A DNA stretch of 64,000 nt from Malacoraja senta (Eukaryota): positions 2,232,001 through 2,296,000 of the forward strand of contig CM075988.1 in assembly GCA_038087875.1 (NCBI GenBank), written 5' to 3'. How positions within the stretch are numbered: position 1 is the stretch's first letter; the number at the start of each line of letters is the position of its first letter. Below, in pieces: positions 23,939 through 35,988 of this stretch. The position numbers and the translations under genes are program-made. The notes under the pieces were generated by a model that had not been told where the DNA came from, made no database searches, and saw only the letters and a list, made by a program, of their open reading frames with translations.

Positions 23939-24382
23939 TTGGTGAGACCAAGTACAGGCTTGGCGATCGCTTCGCACAACACCTCCACTTAGTTTGCAAT
24001 AACCAACCTGATCTCCCGGTGGCTCAGCACTTCAACTCCCCCTCCCCTTCCGAATCCGACCTTTCTGTCCTGGGCCTCCTCCATGGCCAGAGTGAGGCCC
24101 ACCGCAAATTGGAGGAACAGCACCTCATATTTCGCTTGGGTAGTTTACACCCCAGTGGTATGAACATTGGGTTCTCCAATTTCAGGTAGTCCTTGCTTTC
24201 TCCCTCCTTCCACTCCCATTCCCAGCTCTCCCACAGCCTACTGTCTCCGCCTCTTCCTTTCTTTTTCCCGCCCCCCTCCCCGACATCAGTCTGAAGAAGG
24301 GTCTCGACCCGAAACGTCGCCCAGTCCTTCGCTCCATAGATGCTGCCTCACCCACTGATTTTCTCCAGCTTTTTTGTCCACC
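23939..24382 (+). mobile_element. Penelope-like element 3' end: GIY-YIG endonuclease C-terminus plus terminal repeat
   Basis: GETKYRLGDRFAQH...PVAQHFN...RKLEEQHLIFRLGSLHPSGMN (stop at 24189) is the typical PLE GIY-YIG C-terminus. The terminal repeat follows. Confidence 0.9.
24291..24318 (+). ncRNA. Minimal type-I hammerhead ribozyme motif with an intact core
   Basis: CUGAAGA, an extra A, stem II GGGU-CUCG-ACCC, GAAA, palindromic ACGU, and a GUC triplet. It lies about 100 nt after the GIY-YIG stop codon. Confidence 0.65.
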
Positions 24383-24384
24383 AT

Positions 24385-24625
24385 CTATTCACACAAGTTC
24401 TGTTATCCCACTTTCCTCACCCACTCCCTACACATTAGGGGCACTTTTACGGAGACAAGTTAACCTACAAAGCCAATGTGTCTTTGGGATGTGGGAGGAA
24501 ACCCACACGCTTGCAGGGAGAATGTGCAAGTTCAACACAGACAGTGCCCGAGGACAGGATCGAACACAGATCTCTGGCGTGTGAGGCAGCATATCTACCA
24601 GCTGTGCCATTATATATTGTTTTCC
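24385..24625 (-). mobile_element. HE1-like SINE fragment
   Basis: Reverse-complement match to the SINE body at 1645-2108. Confidence 0.7.
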
Positions 24626-24759
24626 AACACACAAAAAATTATACGTTGATAACTTTGGTTACTAAAAAAAATAAACTATCCATTTTCAGTCTTATATCTC
24701 TAAGTCACGCTATGTCCCCCTTTACAGCTACTGTCTGTTTTAATTCAGTTCAAGACTAT

Positions 24760-24915
24760 GGGGCAGTACATTGGCCATAAAGTTGCTGCCTAAAAGTGCC
24801 AGAGACCCGGAATTAATCCTGAATATGGGTGCTGTCTGTATGGAGTTTGCTCCTTTTCCCTTTGATCGCATGGGTTTTCTCCGGGTGCTCTTGTTTCCTT
24901 CCACATTCCAAAGGT
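24760..24915 (+). mobile_element. HE1-like SINE 5' fragment
   Basis: AGTTGCTGCCT...GCCAGAGACCCGG...GGGTGCTGTCTGTATGGAGTTTGC. Confidence 0.7.
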
Positions 24916-25384
24916 GTGCAGGAACCTTTTTCAGACCCAACCCAAAACGTTATATTTTCCTTTTGTCCAGAGAATCTGTCTGACCTGTTGAGTAACTCCA
25001 GCTTTTTGTGTCCATCTTTGGTTTAAACAAGCATCTTCCTACACGCACGATACTATATGATAGAACTTTATTAATCCATGGAGGGATTAATAAAGCCACG
25101 CACGCACGAAAAATGGAACCATATAGCGCTATGATTTTTGGCCATCTTACTCAGTCCTCCGCTGAGCAGGCCCCGAGGATTTTTTCCATCGATGAAAAAT
25201 AAAAAAGTTATGATGAAGGTAATGCCCCTTGCGGGGGGGGGGGGGGGCAGGACTATAAAACCCCAGCTGCCTGGACATGACTCAGTTACTCTGCAATATC
25301 GCGAGGGAGAGGCCACGACTGAATCAACTGAACTGTGAGTCTACAATGTACCTTTAATAAATGATTTGATAGCCCTTAATGAAA

Positions 25385-25650
25385 ATGCAATGAGCTGTCT
25401 AGCCTGCCCTGTGCTTGAAACTGCAAAGGCAATGGAAGTGAAATGAAGATGGAACGAGCTGTTCAGCCTGCCCTGTGCTTGAAACTGCAATGACAATGGA
25501 AATGAAATAAAATGTAACGAGCTGTTCGGCCTGCCCTGTGCTTGAAACTGCAATGGAAATGAAATGAAAATGTAACGAGCTGTTTGGCTGCCCTGTGCTT
25601 GAAATTAAAGTGGAAATGAAATGAAATGAGTTGTTTGGCCTGCCTGAAAC
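25385..25650. repeat. Tandem repeat of about 5 units of ~55-60 bp, within an unclassified repeat (~25050-25770)
   Basis: Recurring GAGCTGTT.GGCCTGCCCTGTGCTTGAAACTGCAATGGAAATGAAAT. Confidence 0.85.
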
Positions 25651-25774
25651 CATTAATTTTGGCCCACGACCGAGAAACCAGTCCCTTTTGCCCAAAATGT
25701 CCGTATTAGTCCAGGAGAAGCATTTTGGCCCAAAAGGCCCAAGCCAGGCCAGGAAAAGTCCAGAAAAAGTGCCT

Positions 25775-26340
25775 TTCACTGAGAAAATTACGGAGAGTCG
25801 GTTTGTCAAGGAGGACTCTCTCTAACTTCTACAGGTGCACAGTAGAGAGCATGCTGACCGGTTGCATCGTCGCTTGGTTCGGCAACTTGAGTGCCCTGGA
25901 GAGGAAAAGACTACAAAAAGTAGTAAACACTGCCCAGTCCATCATCGGCTCTGACCTCCCTTCCATCGAGGGGATCTACCACAGTCGCTGCCTCAAATAG
26001 GCTGGCAGCATCATCAAGGACCCACACCATCCTGGCCACACACTCATCTCCCTACTACCTTCAGGTAGAAGGTACAGGAGCCTGAAGACTGCAACGACCA
26101 GGTTCAGGAACAGCTACTTCCCCACAGCCATCAGGCTATTAAACCTGGCTCGGACATAACACTGAACTTTACTAGCCAATACTGTTATTTGCACTTTATC
26201 AGTATATTGACCATTGTGTATATATTTATAGAATGCCTTGTAGTAAATGCCTACTATGTTCTGTTGTGCTCAAGCAAAGCAAGAATTTCATTGTCCTACC
26301 AGGGACACATGACAATAAACTCACTTGACTTGACTTGATT
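25775..26340 (+). mobile_element. Rex1/Babar-clade LINE 3' fragment
   Basis: LRKLRRVG...FYRCTVESMLTGCIVAWFGN...RLQKVVNTAQSIIG...IIKDPHHPGH...LPSGRRYRS...RFRNSYFP, followed by a 3' hairpin, AATAAA and a (CTTGA)n tail. Confidence 0.88.
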
Positions 26341-28686
26341 TCACTTATTTAAAAGTGCCCCTTCGGCCCATAGGGTCTGTACTAGCCCGGGAAGAGTCCC
26401 TTTGGCCCTTCAGTAAGTATTCCCCCTGCAAGTATTAAACCTCAGCCCAATATTTTTCTCCCTCCCTTCATTGGCTCCCTGTGAGATCCAGGCCAGGATA
26501 GACTTTCCTCCTTCATTGCTGTGATCAGCAGAAAAAGATGAAAAATGTCTAAAATTGATTCTCCACCCTCTCCCCCTTCTCCCTCACAGAGTCTCTAACC
26601 TGTTTTGGACAGAATTTCTGGCAGTTTCTGAGCTGCCAGCGCACCAGATAGATAGCGTGCATTAGAATAAAAAAGTGATTGCCAACGCAGCAAAACTTCT
26701 GGAACTCCATGGTTCAAAAGAGTATTTTAATTATGGATACGTTTTTTACCACATTACATTATAGGATATCTGCAGCTCTTATTTAGGAATGTTGCTAATG
26801 AGGTGAGAAATTCCAAATGCAGTTTATTAACGGTGATAGTTTTTGAAGATGGTGATTATGGATAATTAAATGGCATTTGGAAAATAATGAATCAATAAAT
26901 GAAATCCAATGTGTACTTGCTAAAGATAAATCTGGCTTGAAGAAGTAGCAGGATAAAGTGTGTAAAGATAAATTCAAGACTTTTGGGACTATATACAGGG
27001 AAAATTGTCACCAACTAAAGTGCTGTAATACTTATTTGGGATGTGCAATGTCATTTGCATGGAGAAATGGAAAGGCTTGATCTTCATGGAGCAGAGCAGA
27101 ACATATTTTTGAAACTTTCAAGATTATAATGGGTTTCAGGTGAAGCATATTTTCAGTGGCTGAAGGATTATAATTTCAGGAAACATTACGTGAAGAGGGG
27201 CCAATCAATATATTGATTTGGATGCATCTCCTAAAAGGCTGGTTGAAGCAGATTAAATTGTACATAAACTTTCAAAATTGTACATAAACATCAAACATCT
27301 ACAGAAAACACTCCTTCCAGAAGAGACAATGTACTTGCACTACATTTAGGATAGTGTACAGATATTTGCTGAACATATCACTGCCTCAATGAAAATGTGG
27401 AAAAAAAAATTGGAAGATGCCCTCTTGAACACTACCTTATCTCCTGAATTTCTGGTTGTCCATTTCTTTTAATTATTGGTTACATTTCCTCCCTTGTATT
27501 GAACAAAGAAAGCTTGATTAAGCAATGTATTTACACGTGTAGTAATTATAAGATGCCTCATTCTTGAAACAAAATTGGCAATCAAGCGCAGCAATTAATT
27601 AGGAAGGCAAATACGATGTTAGACTTTATTGCAAGGATGTTGGAATACCAAAGTATGGAGATCCTGCTACAATGGTATGTTACCTTGATGAAATAGCACC
27701 TGAAGTACCACTTATTTTGGAGGCAGCTGAGAGAAGGTTCACTAGCTTGACTTCTGAGATGATTCCCGAGGGTTCTTGACAGTAAATTCAAAAATTGTTG
27801 TGTTGTATGTTGGGGGAATCTAGGATTAATTTCAGAATAAGTGACCTTTCAGTTTATGATAGAGATGGGGAGGATTTTTTTTTTTAGATCTGAGGGTTGT
27901 ATGCCTTTGTCATGTGAAAAATGAGGCTAAGTTAGACAATTTTTTGGACTTCAGTGTTTTTTAGACTTGTAAGAAGAAATGCTGAATAAATTGAAAAGTG
28001 AGCAAGTAAGTGGGAGAGCAGTGGAGAAGTATCAGAGATAATGAAATCAACACATCCCATCTAGATTTGGCAACTGCTCTGCCCAAGGCCATAAGAAACA
28101 GCAGAGAGTTGTGAATGCAGCCCAATCTATTATGCAAGCCAATCACACAGCTTTCCCCACCTCCATCCCACCTAACAAACTCCATCCTTCACACTAACTT
28201 GGGAAGGCAGCTAAGGTAACCAAGGATCATGCACACCCTGGAGTTTCTCTCTTCTCCCCTCTCCCATCAGGCTTAAGATAAAAAAAAAGCTTGAAAGCAT
28301 GTATCATCAGATTCAAGAACAGCTTCTTCCATGCCCTTGTACAGAATTCTAGATCTTCCAATCTACCTCGATGTGGCCTAGCACTTTTTATTTAATCTGT
28401 ACTTCTGTGAATGTAATACAATCTTTTGCACAAACTTCAAAGTGCTTGAGGAACTTTGTGTTGGGCAGCTTCTGTGGAGGGAATGGACTTGTGACACTTT
28501 GGGGCAGGATGCGTTTTCAGACTCAACAATTTGTGTTGCTCTGCTGTTTCTTGTGACTCTTATGCACGCCATCTTCTCTTTTGCATTGCCATATATGGTA
28601 TGAATTGCCTAGATAGCAAAACAGTTTTGCATTGTATCTTGGTGCATGTGATAATAATATACCAATACTGTGAGCACTGAATGAAC

Positions 28687-28886
28687 NNNNNNNNNNNNNN
28701 NNNNNNNNNNNNNNNNNNNNNNNNNNNNNNNNNNNNNNNNNNNNNNNNNNNNNNNNNNNNNNNNNNNNNNNNNNNNNNNNNNNNNNNNNNNNNNNNNNNN
28801 NNNNNNNNNNNNNNNNNNNNNNNNNNNNNNNNNNNNNNNNNNNNNNNNNNNNNNNNNNNNNNNNNNNNNNNNNNNNNNNNNNNNNN
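28687..28886. other. Assembly gap (200 N)
   Basis: Run of N. Confidence 1.
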
Positions 28887-29061
28887 AGTCGCTGCCACCA
28901 CCGCAGCTGCTGCCGCCACCAATGCTACAACCACCACCGCATTAGCTTCCACCACCGCTGCTGACCCATGCCCGCGCACCGGCTGCTCATGGGTCGAGAC
29001 CAATGACTGCGCGGATCCTTGCCTCTCCCTGGTCATCTGCTGGATTCCAGGTCCAATTGAC

Positions 29062-29352
29062 CATAGGTGCAGGAGTAGGCCTTTCGAGGCAGCACTGCCA
29101 TTCAATGTGATCATGACTGATCATCCACAATCGGTACCCCGTTCCTGCCTTCTCCCCATATCCGCTATCTTTCAGAGCCCTATCTAGCTCTCTCTTGAAA
29201 GTATCCAGAGAACTGGCCTCCACCGCCTTCTGAGGCAGAGAATTCCACAGACTCACAACTCCCTGTGTGAAAAAGTGTTTCCTCGTCTCCGTTCTAAATG
29301 GCTTACCCATTATTCTTAAACTGCGGCCCCTGGTTCTCCCCAACGTCGGGAA
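29062..29352 (-). mobile_element. CR1 3' end fragment
   Basis: GRTRGRSLRIMGKPFRTETRKHFFTQGVVSLWNSLP plus the CR1 3' UTR. Confidence 0.85.
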
Positions 29353-29967
29353 CCAGTACCAACCGAGAGTCTGAAGGAGGGTCTGGACCCGAGATGTCAC
29401 CTGGTCATGTTCTCCAGAGATGCTGCCTGACCCGCTACTGCACCACTTTGTGTCCTTTTGTGTGTTAACCAGCAATGTAGTTGCTTGTTGTTTGTACTAT
29501 TTATACAGTGATAATCCCTTACTCGACTATGACAGACATTCGGCAATAACGGACGCCGCCTCCCCCCCCCTATTGTCTGTTATAATGAGGGTTTATAATG
29601 AGGCCACAGCCAGACATAACAGTTTTTATCCATGAGTAGTAGCTCTATTCAACAGCCAAAAATCTGTAGCCTCCCTTTGATCTGGTATTTCATTGGTTCA
29701 CATGTTCAATGGTGTTTTACCATTAATGTTTTATTATTATTAATATTTACTGTTTTCTGAGTCATTCGTAACGGTCACTGTATGTCATGTTGTTACTTGT
29801 GGGCGGAGCATCAAGGCAAATTCCTTGTATGTGAATACTTGGCTAATAAACTTATTTACTTTACTTACTTACTTTATTTTGAAAACAGTTATCATGACTT
29901 GGGCCGCAATCATCTGGTCTAGGTTCCTAATCCTGGTTCAAGCTGTGTACCAACTGTTGATATTTTA

Positions 29968-30676
29968 CTGTGTAGGAAGGAACTGCAAATGCTGGTTTAA
30001 ACCGAAGATAGACACAACGGGACAGGCAACATCTCTGGATAGAAGGAATGGGTGACGTTTCTGGTCGAGACCCGTTTTCAGACTTAGTCAGGGGAGAGGG
30101 AGATATTGAGATAAGGTAGTATCAGATGTGAAAACAAGACAAATGGGATGGATATCAGGGAAAATGTAGAATAGATCATTGTTGGTTAGGAGAAGGTAAC
30201 AATAAAGCAAACAGAGATAATGTAAACGAGCACAGTCAGACTGGTCGGAGAACTGGGAAGGGGGGAGGGATGGGGAGATTGGGAAAGCAAGGGTTACTTG
30301 AAGTTAGAGAAATCAATATTCATACCGCTGGAATGTAAACTGCTCAAGCGAGATATGTTATCAAAACAATGTTTTGTATGGAGCCAAGTCATGGACTACC
30401 TACAGCAGTCACCTGAGAGCCCTGGAACAAAACCATCAAAGATCCTTACGAAAGATTCTGAGGATGTCACTCTGACAATGGAGGAGGCCCAGGACAAAGG
30501 TCAGTGTGGGAGGGGGGAGTTAAAGTGTTTAGCAACTTTGAGATCAGGTAGGTTTAGGCGGACTTAGCGGAGGTATTCAGCAAAACGATCGCCGAGCCTG
30601 TGCTTGGTTTTGCTGATATACAGGAGTCCACACCTGGAACAGCTGATACAGGTTGGACGAGATGCAAGTGAATCTT
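29968..30676 (-). mobile_element. Penelope-like 3' fragment with terminal repeat, containing a templated insertion at 30357-30466
   Basis: Colinear with 52445-52990 and with the reverse complement of 23939-24382. Confidence 0.8.
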
Positions 30677-30861
30677 TAGTAACATAGGAAAATAGGTGCA
30701 GTAGTAGGCCATTTGACCCTTTGAGCCAGCACCCCATTCAATGATCATGGCTGATCATCTAAAATCCTTTTTTTTTGTCCATCCTTGTGTTGAAGGGATT
30801 TGCTGTATACGTTTGCTGGGATCACTTCCCTGAAGAACACAAATTTGTTTTGATAACTTAT

Positions 30862-31680
30862 CTCATCATCATCAGCAGTCACTCGAAACGAGTATGACTG
30901 TCATCTCCTCTCCATAGGGTCGTCTGTAGAGGCCGATCCGCGATCTACTCACCTTGGTGCAACGTGGGCAATGGAGACTGGCGGTGGTTGGTAGTTGTCG
31001 AGCCCCCTTCTCTCTCTCCTTATGGTGCTGTTGCTTTGTCTCTGCGACACAGCGTATCTCCGTTTCATGACGTGCAGCTCCTTCCTGCAAGGATTTCCTC
31101 CAGAAGAGCCTGTCCAGTGCAATTTTCTCCCAGTTGCTCGATGTGAGCTGGAATTTCTTCAAAACTTCTTGATGTTGTCCTTGAATGGTTTCTTTGGCCC
31201 GCCGGGGGCTCGCCGACCTTCCTTCAATTGAGAGTACAGGATTTGTTTAGGGAGACGTGTGTTGGACATGTGGATGACATGGCCAGTCTATCGAAGTTGG
31301 TGCTGCATTATTGTGGTGGTGATTCTGGTCATGTTGGCTTCCTCCAAAACGCTGATGTTGGTGCGTTTGTCCTACCAGCTGATCCTCAGAATCTTTCGTA
31401 AGGATCTTTGATGGTTTTGTTCCAGGGCTCTCAGGTGACTGCTGTAGGTAGTCCATGACTTGGCTCCATACAACAGGGTGGGGAGGACAACCGCTCTGTA
31501 GACCAGCAGTTCTGTTTGAGCCTTTAGGTCTTGGTCATCCAAGACTCTTTTCCTGAGTCTGGCATAGGCTCTGCTGGCACAACTCAGGCGATGGTTGACC
31601 TCAGAGTCGATGTCAGCTTTTGAGGAAAGAATGCTGCCAAGGTAGGGGAAGCGGTCAACGTTTTCAAGAGTGCCATCCTA
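30862..31680 (-). mobile_element. 5'-truncated RTE-clade LINE
   Basis: Minus-strand translation: LENVDRFPYLGSIL...VYRAVVLPTLLYGAKSWTTY...LRKILRISW...RLPKQILYSQL...DRLFWR, with a (TGA)n tail at ~30862-30874. Confidence 0.9.
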
Positions 31681-32862
31681 GAACAGAATACATAGAAATG
31701 TTTTTACAGGTGGCTTATTCATTCCACTGTTGCTTGCAGGACTGAACATTTTTGTAATCTAGTTATTCTAGCTCAAATATACTTCTATTTCAGCTTCATG
31801 TTGGAAGCGATCTCAGCTTTAATTTGGCTCAGTGTTGGCTTTCTTTGAACTTGGATCATTTCTGTTAACTGTGATGGAATGTAATCATATGTATGTGTTA
31901 ATCAACTTCAATTACTTAAGAAATACACCGGAGCATCAGAAATTAATAGCCCAGCCGTACTGTTATATGGATGCTCGGTTTGCCGATTCAGAGAGATAAC
32001 TGTGTGGTGATGTTGCCCCAGCAACTAGGGAGAAGGCGTTGCTAGTGCAGTGCAATGGGAATGTTCTATTATTATGTGCCATTCTTGTTCAACACCTTTA
32101 TTTTCTCTGTGCTGACAAGGTTCTAGATGAAGATGATTTCTGGAAATGGGGGGGAGGGAGATATGTTAATTAGTGTGTCTAGTGTGAATGTTAAACATGA
32201 TATATTCAGCTTGGTGCATGTAATGAAACGTGCCTTGTGAATGCAGAGTCTGAATGCTGCTCTGCAATCGAGCTAATATGATAATTGATTTCAAGAAACA
32301 GATAATTGAATTTGATACAAACCACCTGATTTAATGAGGCATTAAATCCAGTTCATGGAATGATTGTGCCTCCTGGCATCTTTTCTTCAGGCACATGTGT
32401 ATTAATCTTGGAGATTAATTTAAAATTGAAAATTAATCTTTGATTAATCTTTAAATGGCATATTTTCAATATGTATTAAATAATCCATAATCCAAACAAA
32501 ATTCCCCTCCACATTTTTTGAATGTGGAATCCGAAATACTTAACATCCTGTCCCATAGACCACAAGGAGGACAGGCGACCAAACATCCTCCACGATAATT
32601 CTCAACACCAGTGCACTGCATGGATGTGTTCTCAACCCATCACTATACTCCCTACACAGGCTGAACCTCTGGCAAATAACCAAGAACAAAGAATCACAAT
32701 TGGATTTCAGCTCTTATACAAGATGTTCCTCGCCAGTTGAAAATGCCTGATTTGAAGTACTTTACTGACCAAGTTAAACATTAGGAGTGCATCTGAGACA
32801 TTGTGAAATGAAGCAGAAGTATAGTCATAAATTCATAGGATTGCCTCCCATTAGCGATTTAA

Positions 32863-33167
32863 GGGCCTGTCCCACTGTACGAGGTAATTCAAGAGTTCTC
32901 CCGGGTTTTCCCCTGATTCGAACTCGGAGAATGTCCGTAGCGTGTCCGTAGGAGTTCGTGGATGTCTCGTAGCGGCTCGTACGAGTAACGGGAGGTACTC
33001 GGGAAATTCGATCAACTCGTGACATTTTTTCAACTGTGAAAAATGTCCACGATTTAAAAAAAACTCTTGATGAAGAAAATAGTTACTTTTTACGGACATT
33101 CTCCGAGCTCGAATCAGGGGAAAACGCGGGAGAACTCTTGAATTACCTCGTACAGTGGGACAGGCCC
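32863..33167. mobile_element. MITE (305 bp) with ~77-bp TIRs, flanked by TTAA (PIF/Harbinger- or Kolobok-type)
   Basis: GGGCCTGTCCCACTGTACGAGGTAATTCAAGAG... / ...CTCTTGAATTACCTCGTACAGTGGGACAGGCCC, with TTAA at 32859-32862 and 33168-33171. Confidence 0.9.
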
Positions 33168-33182
33168 TTAAAGTGGAAATAT

Positions 33183-33705
33183 AAAGACCAAGGAGCTGAT
33201 TGTTGACTTCAGGATGAGAGTCTTTGCATCTGACCTAATTGGTGGGACAGCAGCAGAGAGAGTGACAACTTCAAGTTCCTGAAGTATAACTTATTTCTGA
33301 TGATCTCTCCTGGGTCCAGCACATTTTTGCAATCGCAAAGAAAGTTCACTGCCTCAGAAGTTTGAGGAGATTTGGCGTATTGTTGAATATATCATCAAAG
33401 TTCTACAAGAATAAGATGGAGAATATACTGGCTGGTTGCATGGTGGCCTGGTTCAGAAGTTTGAACACTTGAGAGCAAAGGAGAGTGCAGAAAGTGGTGG
33501 ACTTTGCCCGGTCCACCATGGTCTTTGACTGCCCACATGAAAGGGCTCGACAGGAAATGCTACCTCATGAAGGCAATTAATATCATCAAAACCCCCACCA
33601 TTCTGGTCATTTTCTCTTCTCACTGCTACAGTTGGGAATCAGGTACTGTAAACCAATACCTTCAGGTTCAAGAACAGCTGCCTCCTATCAACCATCAGGT
33701 TTTTG
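33183..33705 (+). mobile_element. Degenerate Rex1/Babar RT C-terminal fragment
   Basis: KTKELIVDFR (AAGACCAAGGAGCTGATTGTTGACTTCAGG) and colinearity with 25775-26140. Confidence 0.75.
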
Positions 33706-33827
33706 AGCCACAAAACACAACCCTAACCACAACACTACCCCAGCATTGAACCACTACTATAGTTTGCTCGGTGTACTTTGGTTTTTATACTATCATAATC
33801 CAGCTAATTTAAAATAACTGATAATTG

Positions 33828-33886
33828 ATAGTATTAAGCGACTTTGAGTCCTGAAAAGCGCTATATAAATAAAATCTATTATTATT
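33828..33886 (+). mobile_element. Very short L2-type 3' tail insertion with 7-bp TSD ATAATTG
   Basis: AAGCGACTTTGAGTCCTGAAAAGCGCTATATAAATAAAATC(TAT)n, with ATAATTG at 33821-33827 and 33887-33893. Confidence 0.55.
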
Positions 33887-35189
33887 ATAATTGTGGTTGT
33901 GGCATCCAATGTGCCTGGGAGGCTGCAGCAATTAATAATTCCATTGTTCCATTTCATGCCTGGTGCATATGACAAATGAACACTTTTTCTTGGGTTTTGA
34001 TGCACAGCCAGATGAATGCGCTTCTCAAATTTGCTTAATTATCAGTTGCACTTTGGCAATGGTTTGCTAAGCTAAATCTTTTCAACACCTAGTGAGCAAG
34101 CTTGTGTTAAAACCCCAAGCTATGTCGTCTTTTGCTGCCTTCAGGTGTGGATTTCTTTGTTTCTTTCACCTGCTGATGGATGTGTTGTGTATTCCGCATT
34201 GCCTGTATCTACCACAGATTTCCAGCGTGTGTTTTACTGTGATTTATGTCTCCTAGTTTCTTTAAATGTGCTTTCTTAGCTGTAGAATGCATGCTGCAAT
34301 GAAATGGTGATATTTTTTTACTCTTGTTGCAAAACTGCCTTGCTTGGTGATGTGAGTAATGAAAGCTGTACTTTGAATATGCAATGTGATGTGGCAAACA
34401 GACAGATAATTAAGGCACATTGTGGCAATATTCATAAATTATTGAAACCTGAAATCCATTTAGCACAATGTGTGCTGCTTATTCATGTGGGAGTTCAAAT
34501 AGAGGCCAGCTAACCCAGACTTGCCCTTTAGTGGTTCTTACCCAACAAATTGCCCTTCATTACAATACCCTCACTCCATCCATCAGCCAGCTGTGGAAAT
34601 CAGGATTGACTCTAGCAGCCTATCTACTCAGTTGATTTATGTCAATTGTCAGTTGTTTTCGGCTGAAATTGTATTTGTCCTCATTTGCGGAAAACAGCAT
34701 CCTCTTTGACGCCCTCCAGAGCACAACACCCCCGGCTTACATCTACCCATATCATTGACTCGCCTTGTTACATTTCCTGATTCAACCTGGATTATTATAC
34801 CTTCAATCTTTTGTAAATGTTAGACTTCTGCATTCTCTCCCTTTGCTTTCTGATGTTAGATATGAGATGGGTAGTTTAATTCCATTCCTTTCTCATTATC
34901 ACAAAGTATTTTCATAACTTATTAACTGGAACTACACTAAGCATTCGGGGTGAATCAATTCTTTTCTTGATTTATTTCTGCAACTTAGGTGGGCAATGTG
35001 CCATGCCAACTAATCTTTTCGCTCTGGGCTAATGCTTTATGGTTTTGCATGCCATGGTTTAAATGGGAGTGGACAATGGTTGTCATCTTCCAAAATTGCA
35101 TACATTCTATCCTGTTTCTCATAGACTGGAAAGTAACAAATTGAAGAGAGAAGGGAAAGACAAAACGTGGAATTATTGATCAGTTTAGT

Positions 35190-35455
35190 TTAATTTGTTG
35201 TTTAATTTAGAGGCACAACGTGGAAACAGGGCTTTCAGCTCACCGAGTCCGCGCAACAAATGATCATCGTACACATGTTTTATCCTACTAGGGACAATTT
35301 ACAGGTCAATTAACCTACAAATCTGCACATCTTTGGAATGTGGAAGCACCTGGAGAAAACCCACGCAGTCACAAGGAGAATGTACAAACTCCGTACAGAC
35401 AGCACCTGAAGTCATGATCGAACCTGGGTTTCTGGTGTTAAAGGCGGCAGCTCCA
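35190..35455 (-). mobile_element. HE1-like SINE
   Basis: Reverse-complement SINE body and tail. Confidence 0.75.
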
Positions 35456-35623
35456 CTTTGCCAGCAGTCTGTCATCATGGATAATAGTAATTCAATGGTA
35501 GCTGCAAGTATAATAACAATTAAAATTATTATGTAAATGGTACCATGGTTCTTAGAATATAATGGGATTGTGTATAGTCAGCATGGATTTATAAATGGGA
35601 AATCATGTTTGATGGTACATCTG

Positions 35624-35988
35624 TGGGTGGCACAGTGGCGCAGCAGTAGAGTTGCTGTCTTACAGCACTTGCAGCCCGGAGACCTGGGTTTGATCCCGAC
35701 TACGGGTGATGTCTGTACGGAGTTTGAACGTTCTCCTCGACATCGTGGGTTTTCTCAGAGATCTTCAGTCTCCTCCCACTCTCTAAAAACTTATAGTTTT
35801 GTAGCATCTGCAGTTCCTTCTTAAACATAGTTTTGTAGGTTAATTGGTTTGGGTTTGTATACTTGGTATAAGTGTAAATTGTCCTTAGTGTGTGTAGGCT
35901 TGGTTTAATGTGCAGGGATCGCTGGTCGGTGTGGACTCAGTGCGCCGAAGCGGCTATTTCTGCACTGTATCTACAAAAACTAAACTAA
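35624..35988 (+). mobile_element. Near full-length HE1-like SINE inside an old CR1 fragment (~35540-36790)
   Basis: TGGCGCAGCAGTAGAG box A, GGGTTTGATCCC box B, body, and tail CTGTATCT...AAACTAAACT. Confidence 0.8.

Noticed and set aside
28560..29187. ORFs spanning the N run
   Set aside because: Artefacts of translating through the assembly gap.
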